A stretch of 54,155 nucleotides of DNA from a virus (lineage: Duplodnaviria; Caudoviricetes). The stretch is from positions 1 through 54,155 of the IMG/VR virus record IMGVR_UViG_3300009502_001060. The stretch is one strand, 5' to 3'. Of this stretch, positions 18,566-28,024 are shown piece after piece (within the stretch, counting starts at the first letter, position 1; each line of letters opens with the position of its first letter). A program made the position numbers and the translations under genes. Under the pieces are notes generated by a model that did no database searches, was not told the origin of the DNA, and was given only the letters and a program-made list of their open reading frames with translations.

Positions 18566-19573
18566 TTACTTCATTTCCTTCCTGAGATTAGTGAGTGATC
18601 CAAAGTACTTCTTTACAACACAAAGATTCATCCCAAAATGTTTTGGGATTTTCCCGTACGATTTCTGATATTGGACTACATTGTCATAGTTTCCAACAGT
18701 TATACAATGTCCCATATCCAAGATTGTTTTAAAGTACTTTTTGATTTTGCTTTGATACGTCTTGAAAGCATTCCCACGATACACATTTTTTCCAGTTTTC
18801 CAGTTGTATTTTTGTTGGCAGGAGTTGGAACACGTTTCTTCGTGGTAGTGGTCTTTTAGTCTTCGTCCATACTCTTTTCCACACTCCTTACAAACCCGTG
18901 TTATCGTCGGATTTTTAATCGTCGATTCTTCCGTTCTTAGTTTGGCGTATTTTTTCTTCGTTCTACCACCCGCCTCAGACTTCCAATATGAAATTCTCGC
19001 ATCTCGGTGCCGTTTTCTAACCTCGGGGTCTCGAAAATATTTGCGGGTCTGCTCGCCAATCTTGCTTTTAGTTTCATCGGAGTGCTTAATCCCATACATT
19101 GGGTTTTTTTCTCCTGAATAGTCAAACTTTTCATATTGACGTACAAATTCATTTTTCCATTTTTCAAGATCGAATTTGGTGACTGCCCCTAAACGGATCA
19201 ACCTTTTGATGTCGCCCTTTGACATTACGTCATAACGTATTCCCAGTTGTCGAAAGAAGTCGGAGTAGATTCTTTGATAGTCCGATTTCTCTTTGTTAGT
19301 GTACTTTATTTCCACAATCTCTCTGAGCTTATCGAACGTCCCATCATAAACGAAGAAATCGGGTTTGTAAGATTTCCCGTCTATTTCATAGGTTATATTT
19401 TCTGTTAGATAATAGACCCCGATGCTGTCCAGATATTTAGCATATACAAACTCCTGTGTAGATCGCAGATATACCTTCTTTCCAAAGTGTGTAGTATGAT
19501 ACCCACTATATCCTCGCCCTCCCTTGTATCCTCCAAGTTTTATTTTCCCGTTATGTAGTTCGCAGTTTGTCAT
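18566..19573 (-). CDS. Free-standing putative homing endonuclease between the nrdJ halves (TnsA-like PD-(D/E)XK + NUMOD3 + Zn ribbon)
   Basis: YLRSTQE...SYKPDFF...IVEIK; NPMYGIKHSDETKSKI; CKEC..CSNSC. Start 19573 lies 3 nt after TATTTATT (track ORF starts 19609). Confidence 0.82.
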   Translation of the reverse strand: MTNCELHNGKIKLGGYKGGRGYSGYHTTHFGKKVYLRSTQEFVYAKYLDSIGVYYLTENITYEIDGKSYKPDFFVYDGTFDKLREIVEIKYTNKEKSDYQRIYSDFFRQLGIRYDVMSKGDIKRLIRLGAVTKFDLEKWKNEFVRQYEKFDYSGEKNPMYGIKHSDETKSKIGEQTRKYFRDPEVRKRHRDARISYWKSEAGGRTKKKYAKLRTEESTIKNPTITRVCKECGKEYGRRLKDHYHEETCSNSCQQKYNWKTGKNVYRGNAFKTYQSKIKKYFKTILDMGHCITVGNYDNVVQYQKSYGKIPKHFGMNLCVVKKYFGSLTNLRKEMK

Positions 19574-19613
19574 ACCAATAAATATCATCTCACAAACGAA
19601 AAAGAACAATATT

Positions 19614-22600
19614 TTACTTGTGAATCACTATGTCATCATCAGACGTAAGAGAATCTGCCCTAACATATCCTCGATTTTTAGTCAAGATTGGATGATCGGA
19701 AGAACACTCTATCTCGTATTTTTTATTCCCGTCTTCAATGGTAAGTGTTATCGTAACGTCATTCCTTTGTTGCCACGAATGAAGAAGTTCCTTTAATTCG
19801 TACTTGTTCTCGGCAATGTTATAGGACATTACCAAAAACTTTTTACCGGCTTTTACCAACTCATAAATTTCTCCCATATTCTTCCATCCATCATCTGTAA
19901 GTATATGGGCATCAATAGATAAGCAGCACGCATTAGTGGACAGAATACAAGAGTCATACTCGTCCTTCTCGTCGTACAAAGCGTCTGAATTACTATACTT
20001 ACGAGCAATATCAATATTCTGAATACCAGGTTCTGCATTTTGATGCATATTCTTGGCAATCAGTTCCATTAGCTTGCGAGCTTTAGTTAACTTGGTGAAT
20101 ACTTCCTTCTTACGGTCATGTGTGGCGAGGCGGTAATAACGTCCAGTATCCTTTTCCTTCGTAGTATGCATATCAATGCTATGCACATCCACATAAATTT
20201 TGTCGCCCTTCTTGATAGCAGGCACAGTGAATGACATTTCCCAATCTTCATCATTTTCCACGGCTTTGTAAAACTTTTCCGTGCATTGGACACTGATGTT
20301 GGCGTTCTGAATCTTGGTGTAATCAGACTTGACTCGGATGAACTCTTCTACGTCAGGATGGTCACAGGAAATACTGAATAACATGGCAGGAATCCGGCCG
20401 TTTTGACCAACAAAATATCCGATTTTGTCCTCAAACTCCATCCAATGGACTGCGCCAGTGCTTTGATTGGCCGAATTCAATACTTTACAGCCATTCGGAC
20501 GAAGACGTGAATTGTGAGTTAAAAACCCATTAGCTATTAAAGTTTTTGTGCTAGTCGCAGTAGCTATTACTTCTATTTCTCCTATAAACTCAATAGACAA
20601 AATCTTAGCTGGTGGATTTGACCTTCCTCCCATCTTTCTTCCTTTCCACAAAGAATCGGATTTTTTAAATAATCTCGGAGAACAAAACATTCCAACTAAT
20701 TTAACATTTTCCCATTTTCCCTTGGGACGAATACATTGACACCCGGAATTATTAGGAGATACATAATAGTCGATTTTATATTTATCTAATATAGATACTA
20801 TTTTATCAAAAACCAATCCTTTATTTTGACTAATACCTATTTGATGGTCACTTAACCAACCTTCTCCATCTAAAATTCCTGATAAATATCCACCTTCCCA
20901 CGAATCAATTTCTTTCCAAGGAGTTGTTGTAAAAGCTAATTCATCGCCGATTTTTAGTTTGTCCGTAGTTCTCCACTCATAATTACACATTGTTCTACCA
21001 TCGGGCTTTTTCTTATTGTCTCTTGCCACCCAAAGATGTTCCGAACTTGCCGTCATTTCTCCTTTATCTGTGATTACTCTATATGATGGGCGTCGGATTG
21101 TTTTTACACTTTCTACAACACATTCTTTAAATGTAGATTTTATAAAATTAAGTTCTTCGCCAAAACCTATCAATTTATCTCCAACATTTAATTTTTCAAC
21201 CGGTACGTGTTTCAAATCAGCAGTGAGAATTAATGTTCCTGGAGCTAGACAAAAGTCCACACCTAATCCCTGACGATAAGCAGCACACTTGGCGATAGTA
21301 TAGGCAGCATTCTTAATGATTGCCTCAAGACTATCCCACTCTTCATCTTCCCGTTTAGCACCGAGGGATACAGTAGTACAATTCCCAGTATTTAATCCGC
21401 CACTCAATGTAAAATTATGAAATTCTGGTACTTGGACGCACCATACATCCTCAATTCGGTCGGTTTCTTCCAACGATACAACTTTCCAGTTGACTTTTGA
21501 TTTGTCTTTTTCCAATGAATTTTTGTGAGTCTCCCAGTTTTGTTTATGGTTTGTCTTGGTAAAAAACGAATCGAACAAGCAGTCTTTCCATATGTGCATA
21601 CCATAAAGTTTATGATTTGGGTTTCCGTCAAACGGAGATTTATCCCGCATTAACCGAATGTCCGAACAATAAATGCCGACGCTTTCTATGATTTTCTTAA
21701 TGCGAAGTAAAACGTCATCGTGGGCACACGCCAAGTATGCTCTTCCTTCGTCGTCCACAGAACCATCAGCAGCAAAATAACCAATTAAGAACCCAAGAAC
21801 ATACTCTTCATTGTATTTGTCCAACTCTGGGATTTCACTTTTGAAATGTGAGGGTAGATATTGAACTGTAATTGCTTCCTCTCGTTCTATAATAGACCAA
21901 TTGAAACCATTAAACAACTTCACCAATTCTTTTGAATCGCCACAAAGATGAAGGCGACAAGTATTAGTTGCCTTGTCATAATCGCCATCTCCAAACACAT
22001 ATCCATGAATAAATCCAATTGGGCAATAATAACGAGAACCTCCGGTTGAAGGCATCCATTTACGCTTCACATATGGAAGCTGGTCGAACTGAGACAAAGC
22101 CATCGTTGTTTTCTCAATTATGGTTCCTCCTCTCTCCACAGTTCTCCAAATGTGATTAGCAGTACAAAACACTTCTTTCTTGAGTGTATATCTTCCAAGA
22201 GTAAGTTTATAGAGTCGTTGAGGGCCAAAGTTTTTTACTGTTGCGGGGACAAATGCCCCATAGTTATTCATAACGCTGATAGTTTGCCCATCATTAAACC
22301 ATTCAAATGTTCTAAGTCCTTGGTCGGTAATGAATTCTGTATCTTTGCTAAAACAATTGGCAAGGCTTATTTTACGTCCACTACCTGCCCCTTGCATGAT
22401 TCCACCCGAGGGGTGCCACCAATCGTTATAAATTTCATCAAACCACTGAGCACTCCAATATTCTCGGAGTTCTTGGGTAGGTTCGACGGAAGCTACAAAA
22501 TCACATACTCTTTTGACAGCCTGTGAATAGGATTCGTCGGATGTTAAAGCATATTTCTTTTTGAAAGCATCTATCGAGAATTGGTTGTTTTGAAAGTATT

Positions 22601-22649
22601 CTTCAGTGGTGACTTTTTTTACGTCATCGAATTTTGTTACGATTTCCAT
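19614..22649 (-). CDS. nrdJ: Class II ribonucleotide reductase, N-terminal fragment (two cis inteins + IntN)
   Basis: HPSGGIM..AG..SLAN|C, GLGVDF|SRLRP, DHPDVEEFI..K, NANISV, AEPGI, STNAC|. Confidence 0.92.
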   Translation of the reverse strand: MEIVTKFDDVKKVTTEEYFQNNQFSIDAFKKKYALTSDESYSQAVKRVCDFVASVEPTQELREYWSAQWFDEIYNDWWHPSGGIMQGAGSGRKISLANCFSKDTEFITDQGLRTFEWFNDGQTISVMNNYGAFVPATVKNFGPQRLYKLTLGRYTLKKEVFCTANHIWRTVERGGTIIEKTTMALSQFDQLPYVKRKWMPSTGGSRYYCPIGFIHGYVFGDGDYDKATNTCRLHLCGDSKELVKLFNGFNWSIIEREEAITVQYLPSHFKSEIPELDKYNEEYVLGFLIGYFAADGSVDDEGRAYLACAHDDVLLRIKKIIESVGIYCSDIRLMRDKSPFDGNPNHKLYGMHIWKDCLFDSFFTKTNHKQNWETHKNSLEKDKSKVNWKVVSLEETDRIEDVWCVQVPEFHNFTLSGGLNTGNCTTVSLGAKREDEEWDSLEAIIKNAAYTIAKCAAYRQGLGVDFCLAPGTLILTADLKHVPVEKLNVGDKLIGFGEELNFIKSTFKECVVESVKTIRRPSYRVITDKGEMTASSEHLWVARDNKKKPDGRTMCNYEWRTTDKLKIGDELAFTTTPWKEIDSWEGGYLSGILDGEGWLSDHQIGISQNKGLVFDKIVSILDKYKIDYYVSPNNSGCQCIRPKGKWENVKLVGMFCSPRLFKKSDSLWKGRKMGGRSNPPAKILSIEFIGEIEVIATATSTKTLIANGFLTHNSRLRPNGCKVLNSANQSTGAVHWMEFEDKIGYFVGQNGRIPAMLFSISCDHPDVEEFIRVKSDYTKIQNANISVQCTEKFYKAVENDEDWEMSFTVPAIKKGDKIYVDVHSIDMHTTKEKDTGRYYRLATHDRKKEVFTKLTKARKLMELIAKNMHQNAEPGIQNIDIARKYSNSDALYDEKDEYDSCILSTNACCLSIDAHILTDDGWKNMGEIYELVKAGKKFLVMSYNIAENKYELKELLHSWQQRNDVTITLTIEDGNKKYEIECSSDHPILTKNRGYVRADSLTSDDDIVIHK
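19617..19925 (-). mobile_element. Split intein N-fragment (103 aa) of nrdJ, NrdJ-1-like
   Basis: TNAC|CLSIDAHILT...ECSSDHPILTKNRGYVRADSLTSDDDIVIHK*. Confidence 0.92.
20511..21251 (-). mobile_element. Cis intein (247 aa) with shortened LAGLIDADG domain in nrdJ-N
   Basis: GVDF|CLAPGTLILT ... ASSEHLW ... YLSGILDGEG ... LIANGFLTHN|SRLRP. Confidence 0.9.
21381..22355 (-). mobile_element. Cis intein (325 aa) with LAGLIDADG domain in nrdJ-N
   Basis: SLAN|CFSKDTEFIT ... CTANHIW ... HGYVFGDG ... LIGYFAADGS ... FHNFTLSGGLNTGN|CTT. Confidence 0.9.
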
Positions 22650-22757
22650 ATCATCTCTTCTTTAACTTTTGTGAATGGATATAAGTAGATAATCCCAACA
22701 CGTAAGCTTACAAGAAAATTTTCTGTAATACACGCATTCCAACTTATATCATGATAT

Positions 22758-24161
22758 TTACACGGAAGGATCATCGTTATCACTATGTGTCTTATCCCAC
22801 GTCTTCCTGAAGATTTCCTTAAGTTGCTCCTCGGCACCTTTCACTTTAGTAAGGATTTCCATTCCTTCGACAGAGTTCTGCTCGAAAATTTCAATTTTGC
22901 CCATTGATGTATCAAAAGAACACGGATACCACTTCCCATCAGGCCCGAATCGATTCTTCATTACATAAACACGTCCAGTGCCCGCCATCTTATCTTCTTT
23001 CTTGCGGGACAATGACAAAATAAAATCCCCAATCATAATTTTACGATAACTATCGGCTACGCCCATTGCCTCGATAATGTTTTCTTCGTGAACACCACGA
23101 TTAGACTGAGAAGCGGTCCATCCCGGCACTTGAAGTTCTCCGAGCATACCGCGAAGCTCCTCATATACGTTACCAGCTTCGCTATAAGAATTAGAATTTT
23201 TCTCTTGCATGAACGGACGAAGAAGGTCCGCATAATCAACAATTACAAAGTCAATCTTAATCCCCGAAATTAACTGCAATCGGTCAATATGCATTTTCAA
23301 TGTTGCGGCGGAAGCAACCTTAGTTGGGAAATACTTGATAAAAAGTTTACCGCAACCATTGGACTTAATTTCGTCTAGTTTCTTCTGAACTATAGACTGA
23401 TTCTTCCGAACCTCTTGAAATGCTAATCCAGAAAAAATGGAGTCATATCGAAGTCCTACATACTTATCATTTAACTCCATCGTGAAATGCATAACATTCT
23501 TACCCTGAAGCATTGCTTCTGCACCGAGCCGAGCCAAAAACCACGATTTTCCGCTTCCTGCAGGAGCAACGACAAATCCAAGTTCGCCCTTCCCTAATCC
23601 ACCATCAAGATGAGTATCAATAATGGCCCAATTGGTTTTGACGACTTCACGGGCCATTGCAGACATACGCTGGTCAATCTCAGTAAGATACTCATGCCCA
23701 AGGTCACGTTCCATACCCGCTTTGGATGCTTCACTAATAGTACTCCAAATTCCATCGTAATTACCTTCCTTCAATAAGATTTGGGATGTCCATATGGCAT
23801 TCTTCAATTTTTGATTACGACAAAATATTAAGAACTGTTCCTTAACGTACTTTAAGTCCTTTGCGCTTGAAACTTCACCATAAGCCATCTTTACTTGTTC
23901 TCTTACTGAAACTTGCATCAACGGATCTTGTATCCGCATAATTTCACATGCAAACACCGACATAGTTGGAATGTCCCGATAAGCAGGGAAGTAAGTAGAA
24001 ATAAACTTTACAATCCATTTGTGAGCATTCGTCTCGAAGTAGTCGGGTGACACGATATCGATAATTCGTTCCAAAAATGCACGGTCTGAAAGCATTGCGG
24101 CCATGCATTTAGATTGGAATGCTATACCAAACTGTTTCAATGTAGATTCATTATTTTCCAT
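22758..24161 (-). CDS. dnaB: Replicative DNA helicase (DnaB/T4 gp41-like)
   Basis: Walker A APAGSGKS, HFTMEL, VIVDYADLL, WTASQSNR, KNRFG. Confidence 0.93.
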   Translation of the reverse strand: MENNESTLKQFGIAFQSKCMAAMLSDRAFLERIIDIVSPDYFETNAHKWIVKFISTYFPAYRDIPTMSVFACEIMRIQDPLMQVSVREQVKMAYGEVSSAKDLKYVKEQFLIFCRNQKLKNAIWTSQILLKEGNYDGIWSTISEASKAGMERDLGHEYLTEIDQRMSAMAREVVKTNWAIIDTHLDGGLGKGELGFVVAPAGSGKSWFLARLGAEAMLQGKNVMHFTMELNDKYVGLRYDSIFSGLAFQEVRKNQSIVQKKLDEIKSNGCGKLFIKYFPTKVASAATLKMHIDRLQLISGIKIDFVIVDYADLLRPFMQEKNSNSYSEAGNVYEELRGMLGELQVPGWTASQSNRGVHEENIIEAMGVADSYRKIMIGDFILSLSRKKEDKMAGTGRVYVMKNRFGPDGKWYPCSFDTSMGKIEIFEQNSVEGMEILTKVKGAEEQLKEIFRKTWDKTHSDNDDPSV

Positions 24162-24198
24162 ATTAGTATTATCATCTAACCATAAATGTTTAATAAAA

Positions 24199-24495
24199 TC
24201 AATATTTCAAAATCACAGGAAGAGTTCCTTTAACAGAAGGAAATTTTACTTTATGCCCAGATATATGGACTGCGGATACCACATTAAACATCTGAGGATG
24301 AATCTCAATCCAATGTCCATCATTTGGAACTATTCGAGATTGAATGTGGATTTTTCCTAACATCACATTCGGATTGGCATAACTCGCAATGAATGTATAG
24401 CCGAGTCTTTTATTCCCACTCATCAACCCAATTACAAAATCACCTTGCTCGTTAATATAACAATGTCCATGTCTAAGTAATTTGTATTTTTTCAT
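24199..24495 (-). CDS. Hypothetical protein
   Basis: 98-aa ORF within the replication operon. Confidence 0.55.
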   Translation of the reverse strand: MKKYKLLRHGHCYINEQGDFVIGLMSGNKRLGYTFIASYANPNVMLGKIHIQSRIVPNDGHWIEIHPQMFNVVSAVHISGHKVKFPSVKGTLPVILKY

Positions 24496-24530
24496 TATAA
24501 ATTCTTTCTGATTACAACTCGGACAAGTGT

Positions 24531-25604
24531 TTATTCCTTACGAACAGCAGCATCCAAAGTAGCAAACGTTTCCTCAATCCATCGGGTATGATTAGGTAAA
24601 TTACTATCAATTCCATCTTCCCGAACCATCTTGAAAAAAGCATTGCGGTCAAGCATTGGAATCTTCTCTGTCGCAAGACATTCATTACAATGCAATTGAC
24701 CTATCGTAGTCAACATCGTTTCTTTCAACTGCATAAGCGCAACATTCCTATCCAGAACACTTTTTCCATTGGCAATATTGTCACAAACTTTATACTTATT
24801 TTTAAGGTCATCGGCATGTTTAATGATTTCATCCACAGTATGCAATTTGTCCTCATTAAGCCACGGAAAATGCTTCACAATGGTTTTGGGACCAGCAAGT
24901 TCAATGCCGGGGACATTATCAGAATCATCCCCATCAAGTGCCCGATACAGGACAAAATTATTAGGATGAATGCTATAGTCAGCCAGAACCTCGGCGGGGC
25001 CATAAATACGTTTCTTAGTCGGAGAATAAACACTGACACGACCATCACAGAGTTGAAGGAAATCACGATCTGCCGACATTACATAGATTTTATTCGAACT
25101 CTTAAAATAATCTAGTGCCAAATAAGCAATAACATCATCCGATTCCTGATGGTCGAGAGAGAGAATATTGACGGGGAGAACTTGTAAATACTGAGTGAAT
25201 CGAATATATTGCCGCTTACAACTTTCCTCTTCAATAGGAGCACTTGACATTTCTTCATATGCTCGGTTAAGACGAATTTTATTCTTTCTGTGTAATTTAT
25301 ATTCGGGAAATATTTGATGCCGCTTGAAAGAACCCCCAACCCCATCAAAAATCACAACGCAACGAGTCGGAGCAAGTAACTTAATAGCATAACCGAGTGA
25401 TTTTAAGGAACCCGTTACCCCCCCAGTATGATTTCCATTTTCATCCATAGCAGGATTTGCATTCCACGCCCTTAGAAATAGATTATTTCCATCTACCAAA
25501 AGAATACTAGAGTTAGTATCTCGCTTCCAGTCCTTCTTCGGACCAGCCTTCATATTTTGAAGAATACCGTAGAGTCTGGACTTTTCTGTTTGGCTAAGTT
25601 CCAT
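24531..25604 (-). CDS. 5'-3' exonuclease / flap endonuclease (T4 RNase H-like)
   Basis: LLVDGNNL, VIFDG, EYKLHR, ESDDVIA, SADRDFLQL, GDDSDNVPGI..GPKT. Confidence 0.93.
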   Translation of the reverse strand: MELSQTEKSRLYGILQNMKAGPKKDWKRDTNSSILLVDGNNLFLRAWNANPAMDENGNHTGGVTGSLKSLGYAIKLLAPTRCVVIFDGVGGSFKRHQIFPEYKLHRKNKIRLNRAYEEMSSAPIEEESCKRQYIRFTQYLQVLPVNILSLDHQESDDVIAYLALDYFKSSNKIYVMSADRDFLQLCDGRVSVYSPTKKRIYGPAEVLADYSIHPNNFVLYRALDGDDSDNVPGIELAGPKTIVKHFPWLNEDKLHTVDEIIKHADDLKNKYKVCDNIANGKSVLDRNVALMQLKETMLTTIGQLHCNECLATEKIPMLDRNAFFKMVREDGIDSNLPNHTRWIEETFATLDAAVRKE

Positions 25605-26887
25605 TATTCTTCCTTAACGGCATTTTTAGTTATGTCATCATTTTCGTTTCCTGTTTCCTCAACATCCTCAACAATGGGATTTGCGGAAGGGTCACGATAC
25701 TGCATGATATAAGTATCGGAGATAGAATTATAAATTTCCTCCTTGAGTGCCTCATCCGAATTCAATTTATCCACAAATTCAGCAGTGCTGAATTCAATCT
25801 TTTCGCCTGTGCTCGGGCGAGTGTATTTCCAATTACGCCAGTCACCAGTAATAATACCATAAAGCTTCATAAAATCAATCCAACTTTTGTAGTTTTGAAT
25901 TCCCGAGTCATAATGAATTTCAAATGCAGCCGTGCGCCAGTTGGGTCCGAGCCGATTCTTAATAACTTGGGCCTGGCATTTCATACCAATAATTTCATCG
26001 CCCTTCTTGAGTTTCCCGAGACTAACGAAACGAACACGAATCGAACAAGAATACGAAAATGCTTTTCCTCCAGGAGTAATCCACTTCTCACTATGTAATC
26101 CACCATTCATGTTATAACGTAATTGATTGGTAAACACAGTAAGAATACGTTGACGAGCAACTAGGCCCGTAATCTTTCGCATTGCTTTGGCAATGACCTT
26201 GGCCTTCCCCGTACTGAATCCATCCACTCCATGCTCAGATTCCATTTCACTTTCGACAGATGCTTGGGTTAAGGAGTCGACGAAAATAGTTAGAAGACGA
26301 TCCTTATTGACTTTTCGAAAGGCACCAATGCATAGTTCCATTTTAGTAAAAAGTTCTTCGAGTGTAGTGAAGGGAACATAATTGACGTTTCGTACATCAA
26401 TCCCAAGGGCAGTCCAGAATGTCTTGTCCACCGCAAATTCGGAATCAAAAAATACAGCTAGACCGCCTCGCCGCTGAGTCTCGGCAATCATTTGAGCACA
26501 TATTAAACTTTTTCCAGTATTATGATTCAATATACCATTTCCAAAATAACAATGTTCTGGATGTTCTACAGTCACATCAACAATTCTATATTTTCCAATA
26601 TAATTCACTGATTTTATCACATGATACTTGTTATCTTCACAGAGAATAGTCGTTTTGTCGGGAATAATGTCTTTGGCTTCTAACCATCCAACATTAGTAA
26701 AAAATCTATGTTCTTTACTAACTTTAATTTCCATTCCATTATCGAGAAATACTTTATATGTATCCAATATTCCTTTTTCAATGAATCCAATTATAGGAGC
26801 ATAAACATCCCCAATGGTCTTAACCTTTACTGTTTTACCACGGCTAAGCAAATCTTTTACTTCTCCAACCGCTATTGTTTTTTTCAT
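25604..26887 (-). CDS. uvsX: RecA/UvsX recombinase, C-terminal fragment preceded by a 123-aa IntC
   Basis: ...YFGNGILNHN|TGKSL, FFDSEFAVD, IFVDSL, VFTNQLR, TPGGKAF, IKNRLGP. Confidence 0.92.
   Translation of the reverse strand: MKKTIAVGEVKDLLSRGKTVKVKTIGDVYAPIIGFIEKGILDTYKVFLDNGMEIKVSKEHRFFTNVGWLEAKDIIPDKTTILCEDNKYHVIKSVNYIGKYRIVDVTVEHPEHCYFGNGILNHNTGKSLICAQMIAETQRRGGLAVFFDSEFAVDKTFWTALGIDVRNVNYVPFTTLEELFTKMELCIGAFRKVNKDRLLTIFVDSLTQASVESEMESEHGVDGFSTGKAKVIAKAMRKITGLVARQRILTVFTNQLRYNMNGGLHSEKWITPGGKAFSYSCSIRVRFVSLGKLKKGDEIIGMKCQAQVIKNRLGPNWRTAAFEIHYDSGIQNYKSWIDFMKLYGIITGDWRNWKYTRPSTGEKIEFSTAEFVDKLNSDEALKEEIYNSISDTYIMQYRDPSANPIVEDVEETGNENDDITKNAVKEE
26519..26887 (-). mobile_element. Atypically split intein, large C-fragment (123 aa)
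   Basis: Lacks block A; has block B VSKEHRFFT, block F IVDVTVEHPEHCYF and block G HN|T. Confidence 0.9.
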
Positions 26888-27990
26888 ACGATATTTCGTT
26901 TTAATTTTTCGATATTTTTATTATCCATAATAATTAATTGTGCCTGTATTCGTTCCATAATATATGTCAAATCATATCGGGTTAGGTCTAGAGTTCTTTC
27001 GGTCAGAAAACCGCCCCATAACAATCCAAATTTATGACAATATTGTTCCGCCGCCTTCGCTTTGATTTGATTAATTCGCATATCTATCATATCATACGGT
27101 TTGATCTCATAAATAATTGGATTGTTGAATTCATCGGCCAATACAATATCCGGACAATATGTTCTCGCAACTCCATCCGAATTGATATATGGAATTCTAT
27201 GTTTTGATATTTGAAATAATCGGTTTGTATCAATGAAATGACAAACAACCTTTAATTCTAACGAAGAACGGCAGAAATATTTCACACCTCCATGTAAAAC
27301 CCAGCACTTAACACCTACTCCTGCCTGATTTCCAGGAGATTTGCCATACATTGGATTAAGGTTTCCTGTTTGAGGATTATCTTGCGGAAATCCATATTTT
27401 CTACATATTTTATATATTTTTCTGGCACCAAGATTAAATTCGACCTTCATCGAATCATATACTTTCTGCTTATATTTGAGCTTTTTCTTTAACACCCGAA
27501 ACCTACTTACCATTTCATTTGTTATTGGTCTAGATTCTTTCCCTGTTAATGTCAGTGCCGATTTTCTTCCATTTATAACGGAGATCGACCGTATGTATCG
27601 TTTAGAATTTTCCCTGCGAACCGCTTCTAAATTTTTATATTTCAAAAATCGAAGCACCTGTTTCTGTGAAATTCCCTTCATAATGATAAAAACATCATTT
27701 AGAATTGCTCCGTTAATAATGGCATCCGAAATAATATTGCCGTATTTATCATCCAATGCTTGACATTCCATCACGTGTCGTTTTTCCGATTTTTCTTTTG
27801 CCCGAATTGTTCTATGAGTTCGATTATTGTGGCGAAGTTTATCATCTAACAAATATTCTTTAGCTATTCTCCAAATAGGTTTTTTCCCCAATCCACAATA
27901 AGATTGGCGGATTTCGAATTCATTCATCCCATTCGTGATTGAGTCAACGATATGACGGACAATCGGTGGATCTGATATTTTATTTGCCAT
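26884..27990 (-). CDS. Free-standing putative homing endonuclease between the uvsX halves (TnsA-like PD-(D/E)XK)
   Basis: NPMYGKSP...FCRSSLELK...RTYCPDI...IYEIKP. Confidence 0.8.
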   Translation of the reverse strand: MANKISDPPIVRHIVDSITNGMNEFEIRQSYCGLGKKPIWRIAKEYLLDDKLRHNNRTHRTIRAKEKSEKRHVMECQALDDKYGNIISDAIINGAILNDVFIIMKGISQKQVLRFLKYKNLEAVRRENSKRYIRSISVINGRKSALTLTGKESRPITNEMVSRFRVLKKKLKYKQKVYDSMKVEFNLGARKIYKICRKYGFPQDNPQTGNLNPMYGKSPGNQAGVGVKCWVLHGGVKYFCRSSLELKVVCHFIDTNRLFQISKHRIPYINSDGVARTYCPDIVLADEFNNPIIYEIKPYDMIDMRINQIKAKAAEQYCHKFGLLWGGFLTERTLDLTRYDLTYIMERIQAQLIIMDNKNIEKLKRNIV

Positions 27991-28024
27991 ATGGATAATA
28001 TAACATAAATATCAGGTCGTGGCG

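Noticed and set aside
18566-19613. Group I intron interrupting nrdJ (same question for 26884-28024 in uvsX)
   Set aside because: The endonuclease ORFs fill almost the entire gaps, leaving only tens of non-coding bases, too few for a ribozyme core. Both downstream halves have their own coupled ATG starts, and split inteins explain the layout.
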